A stretch of DNA of 36,739 bases from Kiritimatiellia bacterium (lineage in GTDB: Bacteria > Verrucomicrobiota > Kiritimatiellia > RFP12 > UBA1067). Shown piece after piece: positions 8,211 through 17,737 of the stretch. The stretch lies in the NCBI GenBank assembly GCA_017507065.1, contig JAFWBO010000109.1:1-36739 (forward strand), given 5' to 3'. The notes under the pieces are model-generated. The model worked only from the letters and a program-made list of their open reading frames with translations. It made no database searches and was not told the origin of the DNA. How positions within the stretch are numbered: position 1 is the stretch's first letter; each line of letters starts with the position of its first letter. Made by a program: the position numbers and the translations under genes.

Positions 8211-9832
8211 AGAAAATACTAGCCGCCTTCGCCGCGCTGATCGCCGCATTCCAGTCTTTCGCCGCCGCGGCGCCGCGCGTCGCGATCGTCCCGTGCGAAA
8301 AGGGCTACTACACGTCTCTCGCGAAACATCTGCAAAGATGGCTCGCTTCCGAAGACATCTGCTCGGAAATCGTCGTTCCGGAAGATCTCGCCGGGAGCCT
8401 CGAAAGCGCCAGAATGGTGTATTTCGTCGGATTTGCGCAGGAAAACGAAAAAGACATCGGCCGGCTGAAGCGTTTTATCGGAAAGGGCGGCAAGGCGGCC
8501 GTCTTTTATTCGTCGTCGCGCGCGCTCGCCGACGCGATGGGGGTTTCTCTGGCGGGATACGCCAAAGCGTCGTATCCCGGCGAATGGAGCAGGATGGTTT
8601 TCAAAGGCGAGATGAAAGCGTACGCTCCATCCACGATATTGCAGACATCGACCGTCCTCCAGCGCGCGAGGCCGCTCGCCGGCCGCGGCAGGACGATCGC
8701 CGTGTGGGCCGACCGCAAGGGGAAAAGCTCGGGCGAGAGCGCCGTCATAGAAACAGATGCCGGCTGGTGGATGACGCATGTCATGCTCGCAGACGGCGAC
8801 GAGACGCACAAGGCCGTGCTTGCCGCGTCGTTTGCGGGCGCGGCCGATCCGTCGCTCTGGAACGCGCGCGCATCGCGCGAAAAGGCCGCCGCCAGGCACA
8901 GGAAGACGCGCGCTTTCGCGCTGAAGCAGATTCCGCGCAAGGGCGAGATGCATGCCGTGTGGGATCATTCCGGGTGCGGGCTTTATCCGGGAGACTGGCC
9001 GAGGACGATGAAGGTTCTCGCCGAGGCGCGCTTCACCGATCTTTTCGTCAACGTGGCCGGCGCGGGATTTGCACATTACGAATCGTCCGTCCTGCCGAGA
9101 TCGAAAATATTCGTCGAAGAAGGCGATCAGCTTGAAGCGTGCATAGCCGCGGCGAAACGCCACGGCATAAGGGTGCATGCGTGGATGCTCTGTTTCACGG
9201 CGACGCGTTCGGCTCCGGGCGCGCTCTCGTCGTTTCGCCGGCGAGGCTGGACGCTCAAAACCGCCGACGGAGCCGATACTGAATATCTCGACCCGTCCAA
9301 CGGCGAGGTGCGAGCGTACGTGCTCGACGCGATAGAAGAGCTCGCGGCGAGGAAGGGGCTTGCAGGAGTGCATCTCGATTTCGTCCGTTGGTACGAGAAA
9401 TCGGCCAGGCCGGCGGGGGCGGCGTCGTATGTGTCGCGCTTCGTGTCAGAAGCGCGAAAGCGCGTACGCAGGCCGCTCGTCCTTTCCGCGGCCGTGCTCG
9501 GCAAGTATCCTTCGTGCGTGGCTTCGGTGGGGCAGGACTGGCCTGGCTGGATAGATTCAGGCGCCGTTGACTATGCCGTGCCGATGGATTACACTGAATC
9601 GAACGAACGTTTCGAGAACTATCTCAGGCAGCATGCCGAGGTGCGCCGCAGGGCGCCGCGGATAATCGCCGGCATAGGCGTGACGGCCAACGAATCGCGG
9701 CTCGACGCGGAAAAGGTGATACGGCAGATTCTTCTCGCGAGAAAATATTCGCTTGCGGGCGTCGCGCTTTTCGATCTCGACCATACGCTCGAAAAAACGG
9801 TGATGCCTTATCTCAAACTCGGCGTGTGGTGA
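8207..9832 (+). CDS. Exported glycoside hydrolase-like protein (UPF0748/GHL10-type TIM barrel with an N-terminal extra domain)
   Basis: Start ATG 8207 (ATGA overlap), signal peptide. C-terminal motifs GEMHAVW, GIRVHAW, YLDPS, GVHLDFVRW, GQDWPGW, PMDY. Confidence 0.75.
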   Translation: MKKILAAFAALIAAFQSFAAAAPRVAIVPCEKGYYTSLAKHLQRWLASEDICSEIVVPEDLAGSLESARMVYFVGFAQENEKDIGRLKRFIGKGGKAAVFYSSSRALADAMGVSLAGYAKASYPGEWSRMVFKGEMKAYAPSTILQTSTVLQRARPLAGRGRTIAVWADRKGKSSGESAVIETDAGWWMTHVMLADGDETHKAVLAASFAGAADPSLWNARASREKAAARHRKTRAFALKQIPRKGEMHAVWDHSGCGLYPGDWPRTMKVLAEARFTDLFVNVAGAGFAHYESSVLPRSKIFVEEGDQLEACIAAAKRHGIRVHAWMLCFTATRSAPGALSSFRRRGWTLKTADGADTEYLDPSNGEVRAYVLDAIEELAARKGLAGVHLDFVRWYEKSARPAGAASYVSRFVSEARKRVRRPLVLSAAVLGKYPSCVASVGQDWPGWIDSGAVDYAVPMDYTESNERFENYLRQHAEVRRRAPRIIAGIGVTANESRLDAEKVIRQILLARKYSLAGVALFDLDHTLEKTVMPYLKLGVW

Positions 9833-9896
9833 ATCTCTTCCTTCCGCCGCCGGCGCGCGCTCGCGGGTGCTTTCGGCGGAAAAATGTCGCTAAATA

Positions 9897-9905
9897 TGAT
9901 ATAAT
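9897..9905 (+). promoter_or_regulatory. Putative extended -10 promoter for metY
   Basis: TG-A-TATAAT followed by a short leader with AAGGA before ATG 9930. Confidence 0.6.
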
Positions 9906-9929
9906 ACCGAATTAAACGAAAGGAAAAAC

Positions 9930-11207
9930 ATGAAACTCGATACTCTTTGCGTGCAGGGGGGATGGTACCCGAAATGCGGCGAACCCAGACAGGTGCCGAT
10001 TTATTCTTCCACGACTTTCAAGTACGACACTACGAAGCACATGGGCGATCTTTTCGATCTGAAGGCGTCCGGCTACTTCTATACGCGTCTCGCCAATCCG
10101 ACGAACGACCAGGTCGCCAAAAAGATAGCCGCGCTCGAAGGCGGCGTCGCGGCGATACTCACGAGCTCGGGACAGGCGGCTTCCACGTTCGCGGTGCTCA
10201 ATCTCTGCAACGCCGGCGACCATGTGGTTTCTTCGGCGCAGATATACGGCGGCACGTTCAATCTTTTCGCGGTGTCGCTCAAGAAACTCGGCATCGAATT
10301 CACATTCGTCGATCCCGACGCGTCCGAGAAGGAAATCGAGAAGGCGTTCCGCCCCAACACGAAGTGCGTCTTCGGCGAAACCGTGGCCAACCCCTCCGGA
10401 TGCGTGCTCGACATCGCCAAATTCGCGAAGGTCGCCCACAGGCAGGGGGTGCCGCTGATCGTCGACAATACGTTCCCGACGCCGATTCTCTGCCGTCCGT
10501 TCCGCTTCGGAGCCGACATCGTCATCCATGCCACGACGAAGTACATGGACGGCCACTCGAGCCAGGTCGGCGGGTGCATAGTCGATTCGGGCAATTTCGA
10601 CTGGGAGAAGCACGCCGACAAGTTCCCCGGCCTCGTCGAGCCCGACGAGTCGTACCACGGCCTGAGCTACACGAAAGCTTTCGGGAAGCTCGCGTACATC
10701 ACGAAGTGCACCGCGCATCTCATGCGCGATTTCGGCTCGATCCCTTCGCCGTTCAACGCGTTTCTGCTCAATCTCGGGCTCGAGTCTCTGCATGTGCGCA
10801 TCCGCAGGCACGCCGAGAGCGCGCTCAAGGTGGCGAAATGGCTCAAAAAGCAGCCGAAGGTGGCGTGGGTCAACTTCGCCGGTCTTCCGGGATCGAAATA
10901 TTCGCGTCTCGTGAAGAAGCAGTTCGACGGCCCTTCTCCTTGCGGCGTTATGACGTTCGGCATAAAAGGCGGGCGTGCGGCATCCGTGGAATTCATGGAT
11001 TCGCTCAAGCTCATAGGCATAGTCACGCACGTCGCCGATGCATGGAGCTGCGTTCTCCATCCGGCGTCGCACACGCACCGCCAGCTCACCGACGCGCAGC
11101 TCAAGGCGGCAGGCATTCCGCCGGATCTCATAAGGCTTTCCATAGGTCTTGAAGACCCCGAAGATCTTATAGAGGATATGAAACAGGCGCTCGCCAAAAT
11201 CAGGTGA
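9930..11207 (+). CDS. metY: O-acetylhomoserine aminocarboxypropyltransferase / sulfhydrylase
   Basis: YTRLANPT, LEGG, SSGQAA, YGGT, VDNTF, HATTKY (PLP Lys), HPASHTHRQL, IRLSIGLE. Confidence 0.88.
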   Translation: MKLDTLCVQGGWYPKCGEPRQVPIYSSTTFKYDTTKHMGDLFDLKASGYFYTRLANPTNDQVAKKIAALEGGVAAILTSSGQAASTFAVLNLCNAGDHVVSSAQIYGGTFNLFAVSLKKLGIEFTFVDPDASEKEIEKAFRPNTKCVFGETVANPSGCVLDIAKFAKVAHRQGVPLIVDNTFPTPILCRPFRFGADIVIHATTKYMDGHSSQVGGCIVDSGNFDWEKHADKFPGLVEPDESYHGLSYTKAFGKLAYITKCTAHLMRDFGSIPSPFNAFLLNLGLESLHVRIRRHAESALKVAKWLKKQPKVAWVNFAGLPGSKYSRLVKKQFDGPSPCGVMTFGIKGGRAASVEFMDSLKLIGIVTHVADAWSCVLHPASHTHRQLTDAQLKAAGIPPDLIRLSIGLEDPEDLIEDMKQALAKIR

Positions 11208-11257
11208 CCGCGGAATAAAAGTTGCAGCCCCGCAAGGGGAGACAAGGAGACGGCGAT

Positions 11258-14200
11258 ATGGATAAGTACGGTTTCAAGAAAGCGGATGTTTCTTTTAAAC
11301 GCATCGACTGGCTCATCGCTGCCGCCTTTGCGGCCGCCGGGGCGCTGCTCTTTTACGCCTCGATGGCGCCGTACGCCTATCCCGGCCAGAGCGCAAAGCT
11401 CATGGCCGTGTGGCGCGGGCTCGACGTTTCCGCATACGTGCCGCATCCTTTCATGCGCGCCGTATCTTCGCTTTTCGGGTACGGCAACGCGCTTTCTCCG
11501 CTTTGCGGAGCGATAGCGGCCGCGGCGGCGTATCTTCTCGTGTCTCGTTTCATCAGGACGCGTTTCGACGACGAAGAGCACGGCGCCGCCGCATATCTCG
11601 AAACCGTTCCGCGCACCGGCGGCATAGCGGCGGCTCTCGTATTCCTTCTGGCGCCTTGCGTCCGCACGGCCGCATCCCACCTCGACCAGACGATGTTCGA
11701 CACGGCCTGGATGACGGTGGCGCTTGTGTTTTCGTTCGGCGTATCGTCCAGAAACGCGGCGGCGCATGCCGTATCGCTCGCGGCAATGGGCGTCGCGGCC
11801 GGTCTCGGCTTTTCGGACACGCCGCTTTTCCTCCTCGCATTCCCCGTTTTCGCGGCGGCGATAGCGGTGGCGGAAGACAACAGGAGCGGCTCCGCCTGGC
11901 GTTCCATCGGAATATTCGCGATTCTGTTTTTCGCGACATTCCTCGCATGGTCGTATGCGGTCGAGAGCGATTATTCCGCGTATATAGACGCCCACCTGTC
12001 TCTCTTCTCGCAGTATGTCAACCTGCGGGAGAAAAACTGGATCGCCGTCTTCATTCTCGCCGTGCTGCCGTTTGCGCTTTCTTCCACGGCGGCGAAGAGG
12101 CTGTTCGGGAAGAAGAGCTATCCAGCGCTCTGGATATACCAGTCTTTCGCCACGCTCCTTGCGTTTCTCGCCGTCGTCACTCCCGTCTCGCCGTCTGCGC
12201 TCATGAGGCCTTACGGAATGTATCCGGTGGGCGCGACGCTTCTCGTCGCCGCCGCCACGGGATATGCCGCGGCGTACTGGCACATGCGCTCGATCGTCGC
12301 GGAGAAGAATCTCCACAGGCTCGGCTCGCGCATCGTCATATGCTTTTTCGCGGCCACTTTCGCGATTTCCTCGCTGTTTTCGTTTTTCAAGTTCGACCGC
12401 ATGGAGGGCGCGTTCGCCGACATAGTCGCCGACCGCATCGTCGCAGATCTGGGCGCTCGCGACTGGTTCATAACGGACGGAACGGTCGACGACCATCTGC
12501 GGCTCTCGGCCGCGCGCGCCGGCAAGGAGCTCCATCTCGTATGCCTCCAGCGCGATTTCGACGGCACGTATCTCGACCATCTCGCGTCGGTCATCGCGAA
12601 GACGGGGATCGGCGGCGACCGCAACAGCGAACTGGGGTATTCTCTCAAGCTCGGCATACTGCCTTTCGTGCAGGATCTCATATCGTGGGCGCCGGACATA
12701 ACGAAGCGTCTGGCCACCTACGGCGCTCCCGATCTTTGGCGCTACAACGAGAAGGCAAAGATCGTCCCCGAGCTTCTCTTTTTCGGCGCGGACGAATCCG
12801 TCAAGCCGGACGTCGCGGCGTGGGAAAGTATCAAGAAGGTCCTTCCGGCTCCCGAGCGCTGGGGCTCGTACAGGCTCTGGAAGGAGAAGGACCCGATGGC
12901 GAGAATGCGCCTCGACATCCGCAGGCACATAGGGTTCGTCGCCAACAACAGGGGCGTGACGCTTCTCGACGAAGGCCGCGAGGACGAAGCGTTCGACATG
13001 TTCGAAACCGTTCTCGGCGACATCGACGCCGACAACGTCTGCGCTCTTTTCAACGAGCTTGAAATGATGCGCGGCGGATACAGGCGGGCTCTGGCGAAGA
13101 AAGGAACGCTCACGCGCCGTTTCAACGAAATCAAGGACGACCCGGACCGGCGCTACCGTCTCAGGCCGCTCTACAACTACTACGGCTACATCCGCAACCC
13201 CGACATCTTCATCAGGCTCGGTTTCGACTGGGCCCGCTTCGGCCGCCGCGGCGAAGCGCTTTCGCAGATACGCCGCGCGATAGATTTCATCCCGTCGGAA
13301 AACCGCAATGCGATAATGAACATCATGGCCGCGCTCTACGCCGACGAATACGACAAGGCGAAGTCGCGTTCGATTTACGAGGCTGTTCTCGCAAAGGATG
13401 CAGGCAACCACGACGCTCTCATCGGCCTCATGCGTCTCGAACTGATGAACGGCAACAAGGAGAAGGCGCTCGAATTTCTCGACAAGGCGATCGCGGAGTC
13501 GGGCGACGATCCGAGGGCGAGGGTCGAGAAGGCCATGGCGCATCTGATGAGAAACGAGGTCTCCGCCGCGAGGGCTCTTCTCAAGGCGGCGGCGGACGCG
13601 GACGTGTCGAACATGCAGACATGGTCGCTTCTGGCCGCAGCCACGATACAGGCCATCGACGCGGAGAAGGACGTCGCGAAAAAGGCGGCTTTGACGAAAG
13701 AGCTCGAGACGGATATCATCGGAACGATGGAAAAACAGGCGAGAGATCCTTCCGACTACCACCTGCAGACGACGAGGGCGTTTCTTCTTCTTCACAAGGG
13801 AGAGAAGTTCAGGCGCGAGGCGCGCGACGCGTTCATGCGCGTCTCCAAGCGCAATCCGGCGGCGGCGGCGACGTCCGATATAATTCTCGGCCTCGATATT
13901 TCGCTCAACGACGTCGTCGATGCGGAACGCCAGGCGAAGGAGGTCCTGCGCCGCAACCGCCGCGCCCCGCTCGCGAACTACGTGATGGGTTCCATCGCGC
14001 TCCAGCGCGGCGACTGGCAGGAGGCCGAGGCGTTTCTCCGAAGGGCCATCGACACCGAAAACCCGCTTCCTCTCGCGCTCAACGACTATGCCGAGGCTCT
14101 TCGCAGGAGAGGCAATGCGGCGGAAGCCGAGACGTACGCCCGCAAGACCGTCCAGACGGCTCCGGACCTCTATGTCGCTTGGGACACGCTCGCTTCGGCG

Positions 14201-14446
14201 ATACTCGAAAACAAAGGATCTCTCGACGAGGCCGAGAGCTGTTCGAAGAAGGCCTGCGAGCTTTCCCGCGACAAGACGGGCCGCCAGACGGACATACGCA
14301 TGTTCATCACTCTGGCGAGAATCCAGAAGGCAAAAGGCGAGATGGCCAAGGCCAGAGGCACGGCGCGCAGGGTGGCGGGCAGGATTTCCGAGCTTTCGCC
14401 TTACGAGCGCCAGGATTTCGAGGAGTTCATGAAGGGTGTTAAGTAG
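11258..14446 (+). CDS. Large multi-pass membrane protein with C-terminal TPR repeats; N-terminus resembles DUF2723/TMEM260 (GT-C fold)
   Basis: Start ATG 11258 after AAGGAG. About 10 hydrophobic segments in the first ~380 aa, a soluble middle domain, then TPR-like helices (e.g. LANYVMGSIALQRGDWQEAEAFLRRA, LALNDYAEALRRRGNAAEAETYARK). Confidence 0.75.
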   Translation: MDKYGFKKADVSFKRIDWLIAAAFAAAGALLFYASMAPYAYPGQSAKLMAVWRGLDVSAYVPHPFMRAVSSLFGYGNALSPLCGAIAAAAAYLLVSRFIRTRFDDEEHGAAAYLETVPRTGGIAAALVFLLAPCVRTAASHLDQTMFDTAWMTVALVFSFGVSSRNAAAHAVSLAAMGVAAGLGFSDTPLFLLAFPVFAAAIAVAEDNRSGSAWRSIGIFAILFFATFLAWSYAVESDYSAYIDAHLSLFSQYVNLREKNWIAVFILAVLPFALSSTAAKRLFGKKSYPALWIYQSFATLLAFLAVVTPVSPSALMRPYGMYPVGATLLVAAATGYAAAYWHMRSIVAEKNLHRLGSRIVICFFAATFAISSLFSFFKFDRMEGAFADIVADRIVADLGARDWFITDGTVDDHLRLSAARAGKELHLVCLQRDFDGTYLDHLASVIAKTGIGGDRNSELGYSLKLGILPFVQDLISWAPDITKRLATYGAPDLWRYNEKAKIVPELLFFGADESVKPDVAAWESIKKVLPAPERWGSYRLWKEKDPMARMRLDIRRHIGFVANNRGVTLLDEGREDEAFDMFETVLGDIDADNVCALFNELEMMRGGYRRALAKKGTLTRRFNEIKDDPDRRYRLRPLYNYYGYIRNPDIFIRLGFDWARFGRRGEALSQIRRAIDFIPSENRNAIMNIMAALYADEYDKAKSRSIYEAVLAKDAGNHDALIGLMRLELMNGNKEKALEFLDKAIAESGDDPRARVEKAMAHLMRNEVSAARALLKAAADADVSNMQTWSLLAAATIQAIDAEKDVAKKAALTKELETDIIGTMEKQARDPSDYHLQTTRAFLLLHKGEKFRREARDAFMRVSKRNPAAAATSDIILGLDISLNDVVDAERQAKEVLRRNRRAPLANYVMGSIALQRGDWQEAEAFLRRAIDTENPLPLALNDYAEALRRRGNAAEAETYARKTVQTAPDLYVAWDTLASAILENKGSLDEAESCSKKACELSRDKTGRQTDIRMFITLARIQKAKGEMAKARGTARRVAGRISELSPYERQDFEEFMKGVK

Positions 14447-15557
14447 TCTTCTTCTTGCGGCGTCTTTCCAGATAGGTCCGTTCTACGAACAGAAAGAGTC
14501 GTATGCGGCCGTACGGCCGGTCGTTTCCCGCGAGGGGGAGACTGTCGATGTCGCATGGCCGCTCTTCACCCGGCATCGCGACTGGTGGCGTTTCGCATAT
14601 GTCGTGAACTGGCAGAGATCGGGCCGGGGCGGCTTCCAGTTTTCGGTGGCGCCGCTGTGGTTCAACGGCCGCGATCCCGACAAGGGCGCATACGCGGGGT
14701 TGTTCCCTCTGCTGGGTTCTCATCCGCACATCTTGACGGTGTACGATCTCAAATTCGGATTGTGGCCTCTCTGGATGCAATACTCGGTGCCGCGTCCGTC
14801 GGAGAAGAAATGGCTCGAGACGACTGTCGTCCTCTTCCCGTTTGTCAACTGGCGCAGCGACGGGTCGTGGGCCGTGTGGCCGCTGTACGGCGTGAAGCGT
14901 CAGCGCGAATCGCTCCACAGATACGCTCTCTGGCCTCTGTTCACGTGGGCTTCGTATTCGGAGGATCGCGACACGTCCGGAGCCGGGAGCTCCTGGATGT
15001 TCTGGCCGCTATGCGGATCTGTCTGCCGCGAGCGCGAAAGGCAGACGATGTTTCTTCCGCCTCTCTTTTCGTGGACCCGCACGTCCTCTCCGGCGCTCGA
15101 GGCGAAGGGCCGCGCCGGCGGCGGCTTCCGGCTGAGATGCCCGTGGCCGCTTTTCGAGATGGAGAAGACTCCGCGCCGTTCGCGTCTCAGCGTATTCCCT
15201 TTCTTCGAGGACGTCTCGCTTTCTAAATACGGCGGCGGCGGCGAGGAGTCGGGCGTAATGCGTTTCGGCTGGAAGGCCGTCGAGCTTTACCGGGAGAAGG
15301 GCGAAGTGCAAGAAGTGCGCGTGTTCCCGTTCTGGGTGAAAAACTCCGGCTACTTCAGACTGTGGCCTTTCTGGGAGACGTCTTCCTGCGGCGGAACGGA
15401 GAAATCGCGCTGTCTCGCTCTCCTGCCTATACGCTGGATTCCGGCCGTCGACAGGAACTGGTCGAAGTTCTGGACCTTTTATGAAAGAGAACTCACCGGC
15501 GGCGCGGTGAAGCATTCGCTCTTCTGGGGGATAATATCGTGGGGCGGCGGAGAATGA
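14436..15557 (+). CDS. Hypothetical Trp/Pro/Phe-rich repeat protein
   Basis: About 13 copies of xP[L/F]-hydrophobic, mostly [W/F]P[L/F][F/W/Y]; GTG start overlapping the upstream stop, so the exact start is uncertain. Confidence 0.75.
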   Translation: MLSSLLLAASFQIGPFYEQKESYAAVRPVVSREGETVDVAWPLFTRHRDWWRFAYVVNWQRSGRGGFQFSVAPLWFNGRDPDKGAYAGLFPLLGSHPHILTVYDLKFGLWPLWMQYSVPRPSEKKWLETTVVLFPFVNWRSDGSWAVWPLYGVKRQRESLHRYALWPLFTWASYSEDRDTSGAGSSWMFWPLCGSVCRERERQTMFLPPLFSWTRTSSPALEAKGRAGGGFRLRCPWPLFEMEKTPRRSRLSVFPFFEDVSLSKYGGGGEESGVMRFGWKAVELYREKGEVQEVRVFPFWVKNSGYFRLWPFWETSSCGGTEKSRCLALLPIRWIPAVDRNWSKFWTFYERELTGGAVKHSLFWGIISWGGGE

Positions 15558-16459
15558 CTCTCGAAAGATTGAAAGTGTGGATCAAAGCCGTCCGCGTCGA
15601 GCAATGGACGAAAAACGGCGTGGTGATGACGGCTTGGCTTTTTTCCGTCGCCGACTCCTCCCAGACGACGCTCGTGAGAGGATGGCAGTCGTTTCTCCTT
15701 GCATTTGCGATGGCCGGCGCTTTTTCCCTCGTCTCGTCGGCGTTCTACCTGTTCAACGATGTGGCCGACTACGATGCCGACCGTCTCCATCCCGTCAAGC
15801 GTTTCAGGCCGGTGGCCGCGGGGCTCGTCGACCGCATGGCAGCGGTGAGGGCGGGGCTCGTTCTTTTCGCGGCCGGCTTCGCCTATCCCGCGCTCGTGGT
15901 GATGATCATCCCTTCGCGCACGGTCGCGTTCGGGACGATTCTCGCATATACGGTGATGCAATGCCTCTACACCGGTTTCTTGAAGCGTCTGCCGTATGTC
16001 GACGTGATCACGCTTGCCGCCGGTTTCGTGCTGAGAGCCGTGGCAGGAGCGGCGATAATCGACGCGTACATTTCCCCCTGGCTTCTCGTTTCGACGTTTA
16101 CGCTTTCGATGTTCCTCGCATTCTGCAAGCGCCGTCACGAGCGCAGGTCCGCGCGCGCTTCGCGTTCCGTGCTTTCGCGCTACCATCCGCGAATTCTCGA
16201 CGCGGCCATTTTTCTCAGCGCGGCGGCCACGTTCGCGGAATATCTCGCATATACGCTTTTTTCGGCGATGGGCAGACGCTGTCCGCTTCTTGTGTTTTCG
16301 TCCGTTTTCGTCCTGGCGGGAATCGTTCGATACGTGCGGCTGGCCTGGACCGAAGAGGATGTCGGCCGTCCCGAGAAGATTCTTCTGAGCGACAGGATCA
16401 TGTGGAGCGTGCTGGCTGGATACGCAGCGGCGCTTTTTGCGGCGTTCGCCTGGCGCTGA
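15554..16459 (+). CDS. UbiA-family prenyltransferase, decaprenyl-phosphate phosphoribosyltransferase-like
   Basis: QWTKN, YLFNDVADYDADRLHPVKRFRPVAAG, GFVLRAVAG, KRRHE; multi-pass membrane protein; ATGA overlap. Confidence 0.85.
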   Translation: MTLERLKVWIKAVRVEQWTKNGVVMTAWLFSVADSSQTTLVRGWQSFLLAFAMAGAFSLVSSAFYLFNDVADYDADRLHPVKRFRPVAAGLVDRMAAVRAGLVLFAAGFAYPALVVMIIPSRTVAFGTILAYTVMQCLYTGFLKRLPYVDVITLAAGFVLRAVAGAAIIDAYISPWLLVSTFTLSMFLAFCKRRHERRSARASRSVLSRYHPRILDAAIFLSAAATFAEYLAYTLFSAMGRRCPLLVFSSVFVLAGIVRYVRLAWTEEDVGRPEKILLSDRIMWSVLAGYAAALFAAFAWR

Positions 16460-16468
16460 GATTTTCGC

Positions 16469-17716
16469 ATGGCTGAGAACCTTTCCTTTCTCGATATGCT
16501 CGCCAGGCTGCGGCGTTTCGGCGTCCGCCCGGGGCTCGACGGCATAACCGAACTCTGCCGACGTCTCGGCGATCCGCAGAAACGCGCCCGTTCGGTGCAC
16601 ATTGCCGGCACCAACGGCAAGGGGGCGGTCGCGGCGATGGTCGACGCGGCTCTTTCGCGCGCCGGCGCTGCGACGCTGCGCTACACCTCGCCTCATCTCG
16701 TAAGCGTGAACGAACGTTTTTCGATCTGCGGAAAAACCGTACAGGACGATCTTCTTGCGGAATGCGCCGCAGAAACTGAATCCGCCGCGGCCGGTCTCGA
16801 AATCACCTTTTTCGAAGCGCTCACGGCGATGGCTTTCCTCATGGCCGTGAAAGCGGGGGTCGACTGGATGGTGCTCGAGACCGGGCTCGGCGGCCGTCTC
16901 GACGCCACGAATATAGTCGAGAGCGACATTTCCGTCATAACGAAAATCGGCCTCGATCATTGCGGAGTGCTCGGGAACACGCTCGCCGAGATCGCCGCGG
17001 AGAAAGCCGGCATCGTCAAGGCCGGCCGGCCCGTGGTCCTCGGGCGCAACACCGACGAGGCAAGGCGCGTCGTGGAAAGCGCCGCCGCGGCCCGTTCGAG
17101 CCGTTTCGTATACGCCCCAGACATCGCCTCCGAAAGCGAGATTCCGCCGGCGTTTCCTCTTGCCGGGGCTTTCAACCGCGAGAATGCGGTGACGGCTCTC
17201 GCGGCATTGAAGACGCTCGCCGCCGGAGGCGTCGCCTGGAGCATAGACGGGTTCGCTGACGTCGTATGGCCCGGCAGATTCCAGACGATAGGCGACGTCG
17301 TCGTCGACGGGGCCCACAATCCCCCCGCCATGGAAGCGCTTGCCGCATCGCTCGACGGAGATGTCGTGCTCGTCGCGGGGTTCTGCGCCGACAAGGCAGT
17401 TGATGAGGCTCTTTCGGCGATCGCGCCGCGCACGGTCGAGGCTTTCGCGGTCAGGACAAACAGCCCCCGTTCGCTTGAGGCGGGAGAACTCGCCGCGAAA
17501 ATGCGCGCTTGCGGAATGGATGCTTCGCCATCGCCCTGTCTTGCATCGGCAATCGAAGAGGCCAGGCGCCGGGCCGCCGCGCACGGCGGCGCGAAAGTGC
17601 TCGTGTGCGGTTCGCTTTTCCTTGCGGGCGAAGCGCTCGTCCTCCTCGGCGCCGCGCCGGGCGCGGGACGTTTCGATCCAGAAGAGCCGCCTCCGGAGAC
17701 TTTAACAGGCGGGTGA
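16469..17716 (+). CDS. folC: Folylpolyglutamate synthase/dihydrofolate synthase
   Basis: HIAGTNGKG, YTSPHL, ETGLGGRLDATN, IGLDH, AEKAGI, WPGRF, DGAHNP, CGSLFL. Confidence 0.93.
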   Translation: MAENLSFLDMLARLRRFGVRPGLDGITELCRRLGDPQKRARSVHIAGTNGKGAVAAMVDAALSRAGAATLRYTSPHLVSVNERFSICGKTVQDDLLAECAAETESAAAGLEITFFEALTAMAFLMAVKAGVDWMVLETGLGGRLDATNIVESDISVITKIGLDHCGVLGNTLAEIAAEKAGIVKAGRPVVLGRNTDEARRVVESAAAARSSRFVYAPDIASESEIPPAFPLAGAFNRENAVTALAALKTLAAGGVAWSIDGFADVVWPGRFQTIGDVVVDGAHNPPAMEALAASLDGDVVLVAGFCADKAVDEALSAIAPRTVEAFAVRTNSPRSLEAGELAAKMRACGMDASPSPCLASAIEEARRRAAAHGGAKVLVCGSLFLAGEALVLLGAAPGAGRFDPEEPPPETLTGG

Positions 17717-17729
17717 TTTTTGGTATAAT
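17701..17729 (+). promoter_or_regulatory. Putative promoter directly upstream of the aminotransferase start
   Basis: TTTAAC, 17-nt spacer, TG-G-TATAAT (17721-17729); the ATG is only 8 nt downstream. Confidence 0.6.
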
Positions 17730-17737
17730 ATGCGCAA

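Noticed and set aside
9833-9929. Possible SAM riboswitch or T-box upstream of metY
   Set aside because: The predicted leader is under 20 nt and has no SAM-I or T-box core. The TTCCGCCG/CGGCGGAA hairpin (9842-9881) lies upstream of the promoter.
10667-13795. 1042-aa minus-strand ORF and other long antisense or alternate-frame ORFs (e.g. 288-1496, 15479-17584, 20929-22560, 27238-28836)
   Set aside because: They shadow well-supported + strand genes, are Arg-rich without motifs, and are expected in high-GC DNA where stops are scarce.
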